A stretch of DNA of 62,525 bases from Pseudomonadales bacterium (GTDB taxonomy: Bacteria; Pseudomonadota; Gammaproteobacteria; Pseudomonadales; JANQJO01): assembly GCA_028281605.1 (NCBI GenBank), contig JANQJO010000085.1:1-62525 (forward strand). The letters run 5' to 3'. Shown piece by piece: positions 53,725 through 62,525 of the stretch (position 1 is the first letter of the stretch; the number at the start of each line of letters is the position of its first letter). The position numbers were made by a program, and so were the translations under genes. The notes under the pieces are model-generated. The model searched no databases. It saw nothing but the letters and a program-made list of their open reading frames with translations, and was not told the DNA's origin.

Positions 53725-56040
53725 TTATTCAAGATACGGCTCTTCTTCTACAGAGCACGCAAGAGTTTTCTTTTTTGACCTTGTTGAAGCCGAAAACTGA
53801 CTGAGTATGGGTAAAGAAAAGTTGAATATACTGCCTATACTCAACTCAGATTCAACCCAAAGCTTTCCACCAAAGCCCTCTACAATTTTTCGACAAATAG
53901 CAAGCCCCATACCCGTACCAGAATATTGACTCCGACCGTGTAGACGCTTAAAAGGCTCAAAAATCTTCTGCAAATCGGCCTCTCTCATACCGATACCGTT
54001 ATCTTTAATCGACACATACAAATAACACTCTTTTTCTACAACACTTATCTGTATACAAGGCTGTGTACCCGAGCTTTGATATTTAAGCGCATTACTCACC
54101 AAATTTTGTAAAAGTTGTAAAAAAAGAACTCGATTAGCATACACAATTGGCAAATCATTATAAGTGAATTGAGCATTCGAACCTTGGATTTGATCACTTA
54201 AATTTTCTTTAATCAATTCAAGCATTTCGGTCATATCCAAATACTCATATTTTACTACCCCCTTGTGAATACTGGCATATTCCAAAAGCTCAATCACTAA
54301 CTTCTGCATACGGCATGCACCACTATCAGCATAATCAATGTACTTGATTGCTTGCTCGTCTAACTGATGAGCATAATTTTCTTTCAGCAATTTTATAAAA
54401 CCACTGACCACTCGTAGTGGTTCTTGTAAGTCATGCGAGGCGACATACGCAAATTGCTCCAATTCCTCATTTGAACGTTTTAGTTCTTTATCCATTTGAT
54501 AGGTATAGATAGCATCCGCTAAATATTGTAGAGCCTCAATTTCTACAGCTTGCCAAGGCTGTGACTTGGCTCTAACCGTTTCTTCCCACAGCATAAAAGA
54601 TTTACGAGGCGTTAAAACTTGGGCAAAATTGGCGTATTGATCAGCACCTCCACCCATCTCCTCAAGCCTTGGATTACCTGCCCATTTTAATTTTTGTACT
54701 AATTCTGGTCTAAAAAATAAAATACAACTGTTTTGATTCATCCCGAAACACGACGCCATTAATCCACTGGCAATGGCCACACTCACTTTATCAAGTGCCA
54801 AACAAGCACTCAACTCATTCGTACAAAAAATACCAAGCTCTTTTTTTTGCTCAAGCCAAGCTAAAATTGATTGTATACATTTATGATCAGGCACATTACC
54901 ACAACTATACAATCTATTCCCGAGCTTTAGCATAGTACCACTCGCATTCACCAGTTCCATCATATCACCCAACAACTCATTAATCGTATGTTGCACCAGT
55001 GGATTACGCAATTTGGACGTCACTTTAGAAAGCTTACTTTGTACCTGTTCTTTATACTTAAGCTTTTGGGCATTGTGTAACACAGATAACTGCAATGCTA
55101 CAATTTTCCCCATCAATTGCACCATCACCCGAATAGGATAAGGTACGTATTTGGGCTTATCATCATGACAGCAAATCAAACCCCACAACTTACCTGACTT
55201 CCCCGACTTACCTGACTGCAAAATCGAAATAGACATTGAACTTGCCACTTCCATATTAGCCAGATACTGTAAATGTACAGGAGAAACGCTACGCAAAACC
55301 GAAAAAGTCATGTCAAGCGGCCCAAATTGCGGCTCTGCAAGCAACAACTCTGCCGGCTGATAAGCAGCATCAGCAATCAAGCGAACAGGATTTTTTGTAT
55401 ACAACAACCGTGCTTGTTCAGGGATATCACCAGCAGGAAAGTGTTGCCCTAAGTACGATACCATACTCTCACTTTTACTTTCTGCAACAACGCAACCATT
55501 CCATTGCTCATCAAACTGATAAACCTTTACTCGCCCAAAGCCAGTCAATTTACGAATTTCTTCTGCTACTATTTGTGACTGTTCATCTGTAGTGCTAGCC
55601 TGCTGCAAACGCACCGTAAAATAGCCCACTTGTGCTTGCAGAACCTGTAAAGACAGATCCTGAGCTTCTCTACAAACAGGCTCTAACTCCACCACCACAA
55701 ACACCCCCGATTTATGCACAATCACATCAAAAGCCTGTTTCTTTTCATCTACTAGCCTATCTATCGTTGCACTTTGAGCATTACCCTCCAATTGACATTG
55801 ATCAACAAGTCGTTTTACGGTCATACTGGCTGAGTCTGATAAAACTTCACTCAATTCTCGACCCAACAAATCATGTGGGCACTTAGCCAAAACAGCCAAC
55901 GTATTATCACTAACCTGCTGAATAACCCCTGCACCAGATAATGCCAGCAGCACCCCATGAGGCTGGATCGAGCCTGGAATATGGATCGGTTCATCAGCAC
56001 AATGGACCTTAACCGTTCTCTCATTACTTTGATTGCTCAC
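53725..56040 (-). CDS. bphP: Bacteriophytochrome histidine kinase BphP (PAS-GAF-PHY-HisKA-HATPase)
   Basis: Chromophore Cys and the conserved CADEPIHIPGSIQPHGVLLAL, LWGLICCHD, H-box ASHDLQEPLR, N/G boxes (NALKY; DNGIGM; GTGMGLAI). A GTG at 56040 is preferred (Cys at residue 14) over the track's TTG at 56088. Either start overlaps bphO. Confidence 0.9.
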   Translation of the reverse strand: MSNQSNERTVKVHCADEPIHIPGSIQPHGVLLALSGAGVIQQVSDNTLAVLAKCPHDLLGRELSEVLSDSASMTVKRLVDQCQLEGNAQSATIDRLVDEKKQAFDVIVHKSGVFVVVELEPVCREAQDLSLQVLQAQVGYFTVRLQQASTTDEQSQIVAEEIRKLTGFGRVKVYQFDEQWNGCVVAESKSESMVSYLGQHFPAGDIPEQARLLYTKNPVRLIADAAYQPAELLLAEPQFGPLDMTFSVLRSVSPVHLQYLANMEVASSMSISILQSGKSGKSGKLWGLICCHDDKPKYVPYPIRVMVQLMGKIVALQLSVLHNAQKLKYKEQVQSKLSKVTSKLRNPLVQHTINELLGDMMELVNASGTMLKLGNRLYSCGNVPDHKCIQSILAWLEQKKELGIFCTNELSACLALDKVSVAIASGLMASCFGMNQNSCILFFRPELVQKLKWAGNPRLEEMGGGADQYANFAQVLTPRKSFMLWEETVRAKSQPWQAVEIEALQYLADAIYTYQMDKELKRSNEELEQFAYVASHDLQEPLRVVSGFIKLLKENYAHQLDEQAIKYIDYADSGACRMQKLVIELLEYASIHKGVVKYEYLDMTEMLELIKENLSDQIQGSNAQFTYNDLPIVYANRVLFLQLLQNLVSNALKYQSSGTQPCIQISVVEKECYLYVSIKDNGIGMREADLQKIFEPFKRLHGRSQYSGTGMGLAICRKIVEGFGGKLWVESELSIGSIFNFSLPILSQFSASTRSKKKTLACSVEEEPYLE

Positions 56041-56653
56041 TATAAAACCCCCGGTAATATCCCCAAAGTATTTGTTCCATAGAAACAAAAGTATCTACAG
56101 CTGCTGATATAGCTTCATCTGTTTGTTGCAGATTCAACGTTTGCTCACACAAAAAACACTTGAAATTCTGCCAATTCAAACCAGTCTCTTTTCCATAAGC
56201 ATAAAAAAAACGAGCACCCTGATGCGCACTCAAACTTAAGTGTGCTTCAATATTTCGATAAATAAACCGACTGCCAAGGCTGGCACCCTCAACCACATAC
56301 CAATATCCAAGCAAGGCCGGAAAGCTTTTGATCTCAGGCAATGGATGAGATTGCACCGCTCCCACTTGCCCTTTAAGATAAATTAAATCTTCCTCTAACC
56401 ACTGTGAACGAAACACCTTCCTATAGGGACGCACCTGTGTTTCAAACAACTTATAAAATCCATAAAATGCCTGTAATGTTTGCCTATATTTTTCAAGACT
56501 CAAATTAGACGACAATAAAGGTTCCAGCAAAGGGTGCGAGTGTAAATTCATATGGACCCCTGTAGTCGCTTGACGCAACCGCTCCAGCAGGCTTTGCCCC
56601 CCCTCTTTTTGTTGTACAGCTTGCTGAAAAGATCGCTCAGATTTTAATGGCAA
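56024..56653 (-). CDS. bphO: Biliverdin-producing heme oxygenase BphO
   Basis: LLERLRQATTGVHMNLH (proximal His region), YVVEGASLG, and a position immediately upstream of bphP. The start codon is uncertain (TTG at 56653). Confidence 0.8.
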   Translation of the reverse strand: MPLKSERSFQQAVQQKEGGQSLLERLRQATTGVHMNLHSHPLLEPLLSSNLSLEKYRQTLQAFYGFYKLFETQVRPYRKVFRSQWLEEDLIYLKGQVGAVQSHPLPEIKSFPALLGYWYVVEGASLGSRFIYRNIEAHLSLSAHQGARFFYAYGKETGLNWQNFKCFLCEQTLNLQQTDEAISAAVDTFVSMEQILWGYYRGFYSEQSK

Positions 56654-56786
56654 AATACCGTAATCCTCTTATGATTATTCATAGGTACACCCAGTCTGCA
56701 CTGGCAAAACGCGATTTAGCACATTGTATATTATTAGCAAAGTTTGTACACTGCGATTTTAATCTAAAATAAGGGAACAATAGCTC

Positions 56787-57839
56787 TTGGCTGCAAAAAC
56801 AATCTGGCCTGCCGAGTGGGCACCACAAGCTTGTATTCTACTGGCATGGCCTCACAAAGGTACAGATTGGTATAAAAACAACAATCTTAAACAAGCTCAA
56901 ACCACTTATCTCAACGTCATGGCAGAAATACTGACATCAGAGCCTGTTATACTAATAGTGCCTGATACAACTGCCATTACTCAAATCAAAACCGCACTCA
57001 AAAAAACCAAATCACTGGACAATCTCTACTGCATCATTGCAACCTATAATGATACCTGGCTTAGAGATACTGGACCCTTAACACTGTTTCATAACCTTCA
57101 ACCCCAACTTCTGCTTTATCGTTTTAACGGTTGGGGAAAGAAATATCCCTATGCGAAAGACCAAAACTTAATCGAAACCTTACATAAAAACGGAGACTTT
57201 AATCCATTGTTTTCACAAACACCTACCTTACAGAAACTCAATAGAGTCGCAGAGTGCGGCAATTTAGAGCATAATGGCGCTGGATTGCTACTCACTCAAA
57301 GTCAGTGCTTATTACATAAAAACCGCAATCAAGATTTAAACAAACAAAACTGGGAACGACACTTTCTCACAACTTTAGGCATTAAACAAGTGCTATGGGT
57401 CACTCAAGGCCAGCTCGAAGGAGATGATACCGATGGCCACATCGACACCTTAGCCCGTTTCTGTTCCCCAACGAATGTTTGCTATCAAAGTTGTGATGAG
57501 CCCAATTATTCAGCCTACACCAGTCTAAAAGCCCTGGAGAAGCAGCTGATTACATTAAGCATCACTACAAATCCTAAACTCACCCTAGTGCCACTGCCTT
57601 GGCCTGATCCAGTAACAGATGAAAACGGTCGACGCCTACCAGCCAATTATGCAAACTTTTTAATCATTAATGAAAAAGTGCTCGTGCCAACCTATCAGGT
57701 CTCTACAGACAAACAAGCCTTGACAACTTTACAAAGCTGCTTTCCCGATCACAGCATCGTAGGTATTGACAGTAGAGCTCTAATCAAACAATATGGCAGT
57801 CTTCACTGCATTGCTATGCAAATCCCTAAAAGTCAATAA
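56787..57839 (+). CDS. aguA: Agmatine deiminase
   Basis: WLRDTGPLT, DGHIDTLARF, and GSLHCIAMQIP (catalytic Cys). TTG start. Confidence 0.85.
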   Translation: MAAKTIWPAEWAPQACILLAWPHKGTDWYKNNNLKQAQTTYLNVMAEILTSEPVILIVPDTTAITQIKTALKKTKSLDNLYCIIATYNDTWLRDTGPLTLFHNLQPQLLLYRFNGWGKKYPYAKDQNLIETLHKNGDFNPLFSQTPTLQKLNRVAECGNLEHNGAGLLLTQSQCLLHKNRNQDLNKQNWERHFLTTLGIKQVLWVTQGQLEGDDTDGHIDTLARFCSPTNVCYQSCDEPNYSAYTSLKALEKQLITLSITTNPKLTLVPLPWPDPVTDENGRRLPANYANFLIINEKVLVPTYQVSTDKQALTTLQSCFPDHSIVGIDSRALIKQYGSLHCIAMQIPKSQ

Positions 57840-57889
57840 TAGAGTGCTTTTTTTGAGATACAATTTAAATTGCTCAAGATATTGAATAG

Positions 57890-60013
57890 CTATTCTTTCG
57901 ATAAATCCAGCTGAGCCAAGTCCTCAGAGATTGCATCAGCGATATCTGCTGGCTCTGCATCTTGAACTTCTGCATCACCCAAACCATCAGTGCCAATGCC
58001 ACCCTCTTCATCAATATCTGACAAAAGTTTATCAATTTTTTTATCTTCTGTTTTATTCTCAGCGTTGATTTTTCGATTCATTTTTTTATAAAAGAAAAAG
58101 CCTAACGCCAACAAAGTCGTATTCAATAATATAAATCCCCCAATCACTGCAAGACTTTGATAACCCTCACCTGTTTGAGTGCTCTCTGCTGTTTCATCAA
58201 ATTCTACAGACTCGTCTTCTTCTTGCGCTACTTCTTCCGCCTCATCCTCACTGCTCTCTTCATCATCATAGCCTTCTTCTTCCATTTCTTGCTCTGTACT
58301 TTCGTCTTGATACTCATCCAAGCTCTCAGCCAAAGATGCTTTCTCCGTAATCTCCTCTTCATTAGCAAATGCCCCCTGCTCAAGCTCTGGCTCTAACGCA
58401 TCAACTTGAAGCTCTATCGGACCCTGCTGAAAATCAATGGTTTTACCCGATAAACTTTGCCCAGAAACGGCGATCGTAAACGTATAAAGCCCTGGTCCTT
58501 CAAACGGAGTAAATAAAGCTTGCCACTTTTTCTGCTGTTGCTGAAGCTCTACATCCATAATCTGGGTCGACTGTTTGGGCCCCACCACTTCTACCACAAG
58601 CTCAACCCGGGTATCTATAAGACTTTTAACTGGTTTAACTTCTACAACATATTCTTGTTGAGATTGCATTGATTCACTGGGACTTATTGTGACTTCAACT
58701 ACATTTTCTAACACAGATAGCTTATGCTGAAATTTTCTAGAAAATGTTTTACCCTCTACCAAAACACTAAAACGATGCTCTCCTGGTAACAAAGTTCTGC
58801 TGAGTTTAGCACCATACAAACCATTTTTAGGTGTTCTTACCTTACCATCAGTATAAGAAGTTAACTTTCCAGACCACTGTTGGTCTGTCTTTAAATACTC
58901 TTGCACAAAGCTAATATCCAATAAGCCTAAAAATTTTGGATCGGTAATCACCTCCCCTTTTTCCTCAAGAAAAATAGAAATCTTAAGTTTTTCTCCATGA
59001 AAAATATTATTGGGAAAACTATCTACTTTTAAATTTAAGTTACTGACAACCGTCACACGACTGCTCGGATCTAAATCGGCTTGTAAAGACCAACGACCAG
59101 GTTCAGGCTTTTGTACAGTCAGCAAATCAAGATTTTCATGTACAAACCAGCGTACCTGCTTAGGGTAACTAGCAGCACTAAAACGATCCCCATTTGGAGC
59201 AAGCAAAATGGTTGCAGCAGACTCATCAGCTCGATAGGCAAGAACAGTAAATTCTTGCACATTATCATCTATTAAAAACGCATTATCTGTTAAAGGCACC
59301 TGCTGAGGTCGGACCGTACTATCAAAAACCTCAACAAAAACCCGCAACAAGTCATCTGCATTGTTTACCTTCCGATAGGTTCCATCAGTACTAAAAGATA
59401 AAGTCTGAAGCAATGGCTCATCAACACCTTCAGACATAGCAATGCTGTGGATTTTCACTTGGGCTGCTTTTAATTTTGGTAATACGCGCTGCAAAATATC
59501 AGCTCTTGCCGCTTCATTTTTTTTAGCATCCTTAGAGACATCGACATGACCGTCGGTCAGTAATACCATACTGCGTTCAGTCTCACCAGCCGCTTTGTGC
59601 CACCCATAGCTGGCCTTGTCAATGGCATCAACAAGATTGGTATAAAGTGCTATCGAATTAATCTTGGGAATTTGAGACTGAGCATTCAAGCGCCATGATT
59701 GGTCTACCTTAGCCAGCGGCACCAACATATTGACATACTTACCAAACGTCCAAACACCAGCGTGAGTACCATCAGGCAACATATCAGACAATACTCTGAT
59801 CGCAGGCCGACGCAAATTGGCCGGGTCGCTTTTTCGCATACTCCCTGAAATGTCTACAACCACTCGCACATCTAAAGCAGCAGAAGGGTCTAATACAACC
59901 GACCATACCTGAGTGCTATTAAAAGCACCACTCAGACCAATGACCCCCCAAAAACAGAAAAGAATTTTATACGATTTGACCACTGGCACCGGCATCCATT
60001 CGGTATGTATCAT
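57890..60013 (-). CDS. VWA-domain protein with a C-terminal acidic tract and membrane anchor
   Basis: MIDAS-type VVVDISGSMRKSD, beta-rich middle repeats, an acidic run (EEEGYDDEESSEDEAEE..), and a TM segment (LAVIGGFILLNTTLLALGFFFY). Start is uncertain (60022 TTG / 60013 ATG / 59995 ATG). Confidence 0.8.
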   Translation of the reverse strand: MIHTEWMPVPVVKSYKILFCFWGVIGLSGAFNSTQVWSVVLDPSAALDVRVVVDISGSMRKSDPANLRRPAIRVLSDMLPDGTHAGVWTFGKYVNMLVPLAKVDQSWRLNAQSQIPKINSIALYTNLVDAIDKASYGWHKAAGETERSMVLLTDGHVDVSKDAKKNEAARADILQRVLPKLKAAQVKIHSIAMSEGVDEPLLQTLSFSTDGTYRKVNNADDLLRVFVEVFDSTVRPQQVPLTDNAFLIDDNVQEFTVLAYRADESAATILLAPNGDRFSAASYPKQVRWFVHENLDLLTVQKPEPGRWSLQADLDPSSRVTVVSNLNLKVDSFPNNIFHGEKLKISIFLEEKGEVITDPKFLGLLDISFVQEYLKTDQQWSGKLTSYTDGKVRTPKNGLYGAKLSRTLLPGEHRFSVLVEGKTFSRKFQHKLSVLENVVEVTISPSESMQSQQEYVVEVKPVKSLIDTRVELVVEVVGPKQSTQIMDVELQQQQKKWQALFTPFEGPGLYTFTIAVSGQSLSGKTIDFQQGPIELQVDALEPELEQGAFANEEEITEKASLAESLDEYQDESTEQEMEEEGYDDEESSEDEAEEVAQEEDESVEFDETAESTQTGEGYQSLAVIGGFILLNTTLLALGFFFYKKMNRKINAENKTEDKKIDKLLSDIDEEGGIGTDGLGDAEVQDAEPADIADAISEDLAQLDLSKE

Positions 60014-60070
60014 TAAACCCAATAACTACATGATCTCAATATAATGTATAGCAGAAATTCTCTATAGGAG

Positions 60071-61057
60071 CTAATCAACCTGCAAATCACAACGATTACC
60101 TAAAGCATCCTTAGCAAGCAAATGACCTTGCTTAGACCACCGCCCCTTGACTGTAGATTTAACGCCACTGTCGTACACAACATCACCTCTTACAAAAGGA
60201 TTATCTGAACAAACCTGTAACACACCGATCACATAAAAACCAGCGCACAAACCATAAACAGTCTTCATATCACGCTTTCCACAAGCCACCGACTGCGTCA
60301 TCAAAGTATTTGAAATTTTAGACGTGTGTACCACAATAGGCACACAACGACCTAATTTTTTTTCAAATCCATGGTTACACTCCCAGCTCTTACCATCAAA
60401 AGAAAAACGTGCATTACGAGGCAGCTCAAACTCTACACACTGACCAGCCACCCAAAGATAACCCCTTAAACACTTATACCCTAAAGGCTCATTCTGATCA
60501 GCCATGGCATTTACAGGAACAGGCGCTTGTATGCAATGATTACCAGAACGAAAAAAACCTCTTTGACACTCCCATTGCTGATCAATATAAGACCATTGCG
60601 TGTTTCTGGGTTTATTATCGGGCAAACACCTGCCGATACTTCTATAAAAACCGGCCTGACAGACCCAATCAGTACCCTTGCTGTTTAGCTTTCCATTACG
60701 AGGAACCCTTACTTTCTGACAATAGCCATCCTTATTAACGTAACCGTAATCACAATCCCAACCCGAATTCCAAAGGTTAACGGTAGCATTGGTCGGTACT
60801 CGATAATATTCGCAACGATTACCTATTCTTTTATAACCGGGTAAACAACGCCAACCAGAAGCATAACTGATTAACTCTGCATTTCTTGGCAAAAAAACCT
60901 TCTGACAACGACCATTTACCTTTTGAAAACCTGGATTACAAGTCCAAGCATCTCCATACGCTGGGGTAGCATTAATCGGAACAAGACGAAACGTATCACT
61001 GAATGCATCATAAGGTACTAACACGAGCATTAAAACCGAAAACATTAGCAGAATCAT
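60071..61057 (-). CDS. Secreted Cys-rich protein with seven tandem W-x-C-x2-G-[FY]...G-x-C...P-x-N modules
   Basis: Signal peptide MILLMFSVLMLVLVPYDAFS. The repeats are AWTCNPGF, GWRCLPGY, GWDCDYGY, DWVCQAGF, QWECQRGF, GYKCLRGY and SWECNHGF. It lies 48 nt upstream of the VWA gene on the same strand. Confidence 0.8.
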   Translation of the reverse strand: MILLMFSVLMLVLVPYDAFSDTFRLVPINATPAYGDAWTCNPGFQKVNGRCQKVFLPRNAELISYASGWRCLPGYKRIGNRCEYYRVPTNATVNLWNSGWDCDYGYVNKDGYCQKVRVPRNGKLNSKGTDWVCQAGFYRSIGRCLPDNKPRNTQWSYIDQQWECQRGFFRSGNHCIQAPVPVNAMADQNEPLGYKCLRGYLWVAGQCVEFELPRNARFSFDGKSWECNHGFEKKLGRCVPIVVHTSKISNTLMTQSVACGKRDMKTVYGLCAGFYVIGVLQVCSDNPFVRGDVVYDSGVKSTVKGRWSKQGHLLAKDALGNRCDLQVD

Positions 61058-61418
61058 GGCAGCACCCCTGTGCAATATTTACAAATGAGCAACATGCTCT
61101 ACACTTTCTACAAAATAGTAACTCAGAAACACAGCACATTACAATGACTCAACACTACAAAACAACATTGATAATTCTGTAATCTTAAACAAGGGCAAAT
61201 TAGCTTTTACCACTATTGCCATATAAGAGTACTAACAAAATCTTACCAATTACATGAACAGAAAATACATATCAAGCAGGTTATTGTTATAACAAGAGAT
61301 TTCTTACATTAATTGCAACTGAGACACTGAATTTAAAAAAACAAACTGATCAAACTCTCTTATACTTACAAACTCAAAAGTTAATTTATACTCACCAACC
61401 ATACATAACTTACAAAAC

Positions 61419-62183
61419 ATGACTTCTACACTTAAAGCATCACATCATAAAGAACAGCCTTATGATGGATACCAACTCCCTTTAATCAACAACAAAAATT
61501 TTCCAACTTTTTTTAAAAAAACAGCCATGAGCGATGCAGTTTTCGTCACCTCAAGTGATGAAAACTGCGTTTTCACGGTAAATTACTACGATGCAATCTT
61601 GTCAGGATACACTAACAGCAAAGAAGATATAAAAAATTTCTCGACAACACATTCAAAAGTACAAGAAGAACTGATTCAAATCGCCAGCAAGCTCAATCAG
61701 TACACTCACACTTTTTTCACACGATTTGCAAAAAGCATAAATAATCACAATCAAACTATTATACAACCAGAAAAAAAATACGTAGAAAAAGTTACCAATC
61801 AATCACTAGAATACTTATTACAAGCCAATGAGCCTGAAATAGATTTGCATATTCAAATGCAATCGGCTTTAGACAGCTCAATTTCAGCCTACAATATTAT
61901 GTTGCTTGAAACTGGATTTAACATCAAACAAAGCTTAAATCAATGGAATTTAACTTATATAACTCACCAGAAAAATCCTATCCATACAAGTCTCGCCATT
62001 AACCCAATTTTAAACAAAGTAAAAGCCTCCAAACAAGCAAAATGGATCTTATATCGAATTCTAAACCGCAATATCTTTAAGCAACTAGACACTTATTACC
62101 TCAATATGCAACCATATCTAAACACACTTAAGCAAGACTTAGACATAGAAAATATTTCCAACGATTTGCAAATTTATGGATAA
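61419..62183 (+). CDS. Hypothetical protein (Asn/Gln/Ile-rich); the 5' part of the ORF runs through a family-A repeat
   Basis: 254-aa ORF. Residues ..KKTAMSDAVFVTSSDENCVFTVN.. are encoded by the repeat, so the true start may lie inside or downstream of the element. Confidence 0.5.
   Translation: MTSTLKASHHKEQPYDGYQLPLINNKNFPTFFKKTAMSDAVFVTSSDENCVFTVNYYDAILSGYTNSKEDIKNFSTTHSKVQEELIQIASKLNQYTHTFFTRFAKSINNHNQTIIQPEKKYVEKVTNQSLEYLLQANEPEIDLHIQMQSALDSSISAYNIMLLETGFNIKQSLNQWNLTYITHQKNPIHTSLAINPILNKVKASKQAKWILYRILNRNIFKQLDTYYLNMQPYLNTLKQDLDIENISNDLQIYG
61520..61583 (+). repeat. Family-A REP-like element embedded in frame in the 61419 ORF
   Basis: aacagccatgagcgatgcagttttcgtcacctcaagtgatgaaaactgcgttttcacggtaaat. 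The stem carries a compensatory A-T to G-C change (cagtttt/aaaactg). Confidence 0.9.
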
Positions 62184-62405
62184 ATCCGAACAAAAAAAAC
62201 CAAACGCCAAATCAGCCGCACGCTTTTTTCGGCGCGGTTCCAAATCGGGTACCACTCATTCCAGTCACACTAGTCAAACCAGTGGCTTACCTGTCAACGA
62301 GTTATTTTGTGCCCATTCTCAATCAATAACTTAAAATCAGCTTTATAAGCTCCAAGCAATAAAGCTGATTTCTATTTTTTCCTAAACAAACATTTAAGAA
62401 GTACC

Positions 62406-62525
62406 ATGTTAAACAAAAACCCAACGCCATTTTTATTAATCCCCTTGGCCCTACTATGCCTCACTTTTAGCAACCTCACTTCAGCCATCAACTACGAAAA
62501 AGGCCAATACACCCTACACATGGGC
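62406..62525 (+). CDS. 5' fragment of a secreted protein gene running off the window
   Basis: MLNKNPTPFLLIPLALLCLTFSNLTSAINYEKGQYTLHMG.. is signal-peptide-like. The frame is open to the window end. Confidence 0.4.
   Translation, partial: MLNKNPTPFLLIPLALLCLTFSNLTSAINYEKGQYTLHMG

Noticed and set aside
1-62525. CRISPR arrays, tRNA and rRNA genes
   Set aside because: The dispersed repeats are single copies in separate intergenic regions, not regularly spaced arrays. No cloverleaf-like or rRNA-like sequence was noticed in any intergenic region.

Overview
This is a 62.5-kb, AT-rich window that reads as a gammaproteobacterial chromosome. The gene order resembles Pseudomonas and Legionellales-type genomes: fur/bamE, bioBFHCD, and lptM-lysA-dapF. 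All family calls come from motif recognition in the supplied translations. No database search or numeric computation was run.

Housekeeping genes recognised: bamE, fur, yaaA, mazG, bioB-F-H-C-D, purU, mnmC, sodB, dapF, lysA, lptM, yggX, ilvA, rpiA and aguA.

Accessory content:
(1) An apparently decaying mobile/defence islet at about 21.1-27.9 kb. It carries a tightly coupled TIR-domain protein plus IMPase-fold phosphatase operon, which I rank as the best candidate for an undescribed system. It also carries an XRE-ImmA/IrrE + DUF4411 (PIN-like) pair, a multiply frameshifted and visibly GC-richer serine-recombinase pseudogene, and an internally deleted HTH/PIN toxin-antitoxin remnant.
(2) Two HEPN/MNT pairs, one directly following the bio operon.
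(3) Eukaryote-like candidate effectors: a 1467-aa ankyrin-repeat protein with an internal module duplication, and a Hanks-type Ser/Thr kinase.
(4) A bphO-bphP bacteriophytochrome operon.
(5) A 7TMR-DISM sensor whose kinase core looks catalytically dead.
(6) An SDR / unknown / DyP-peroxidase operon.
(7) A Cys-rich repeat protein + VWA protein operon.

The intergenic space holds at least six families of structured repeats. Two show compensatory stem changes and mismatches that are mostly (family A) or all (family B) G-U wobble pairs on one strand. One family lies upstream of, or at the 5' end of, a co-directional gene in all six copies. Another sits in the 3' region of both fur and sodB.

No rRNA, tRNA or CRISPR array was seen.
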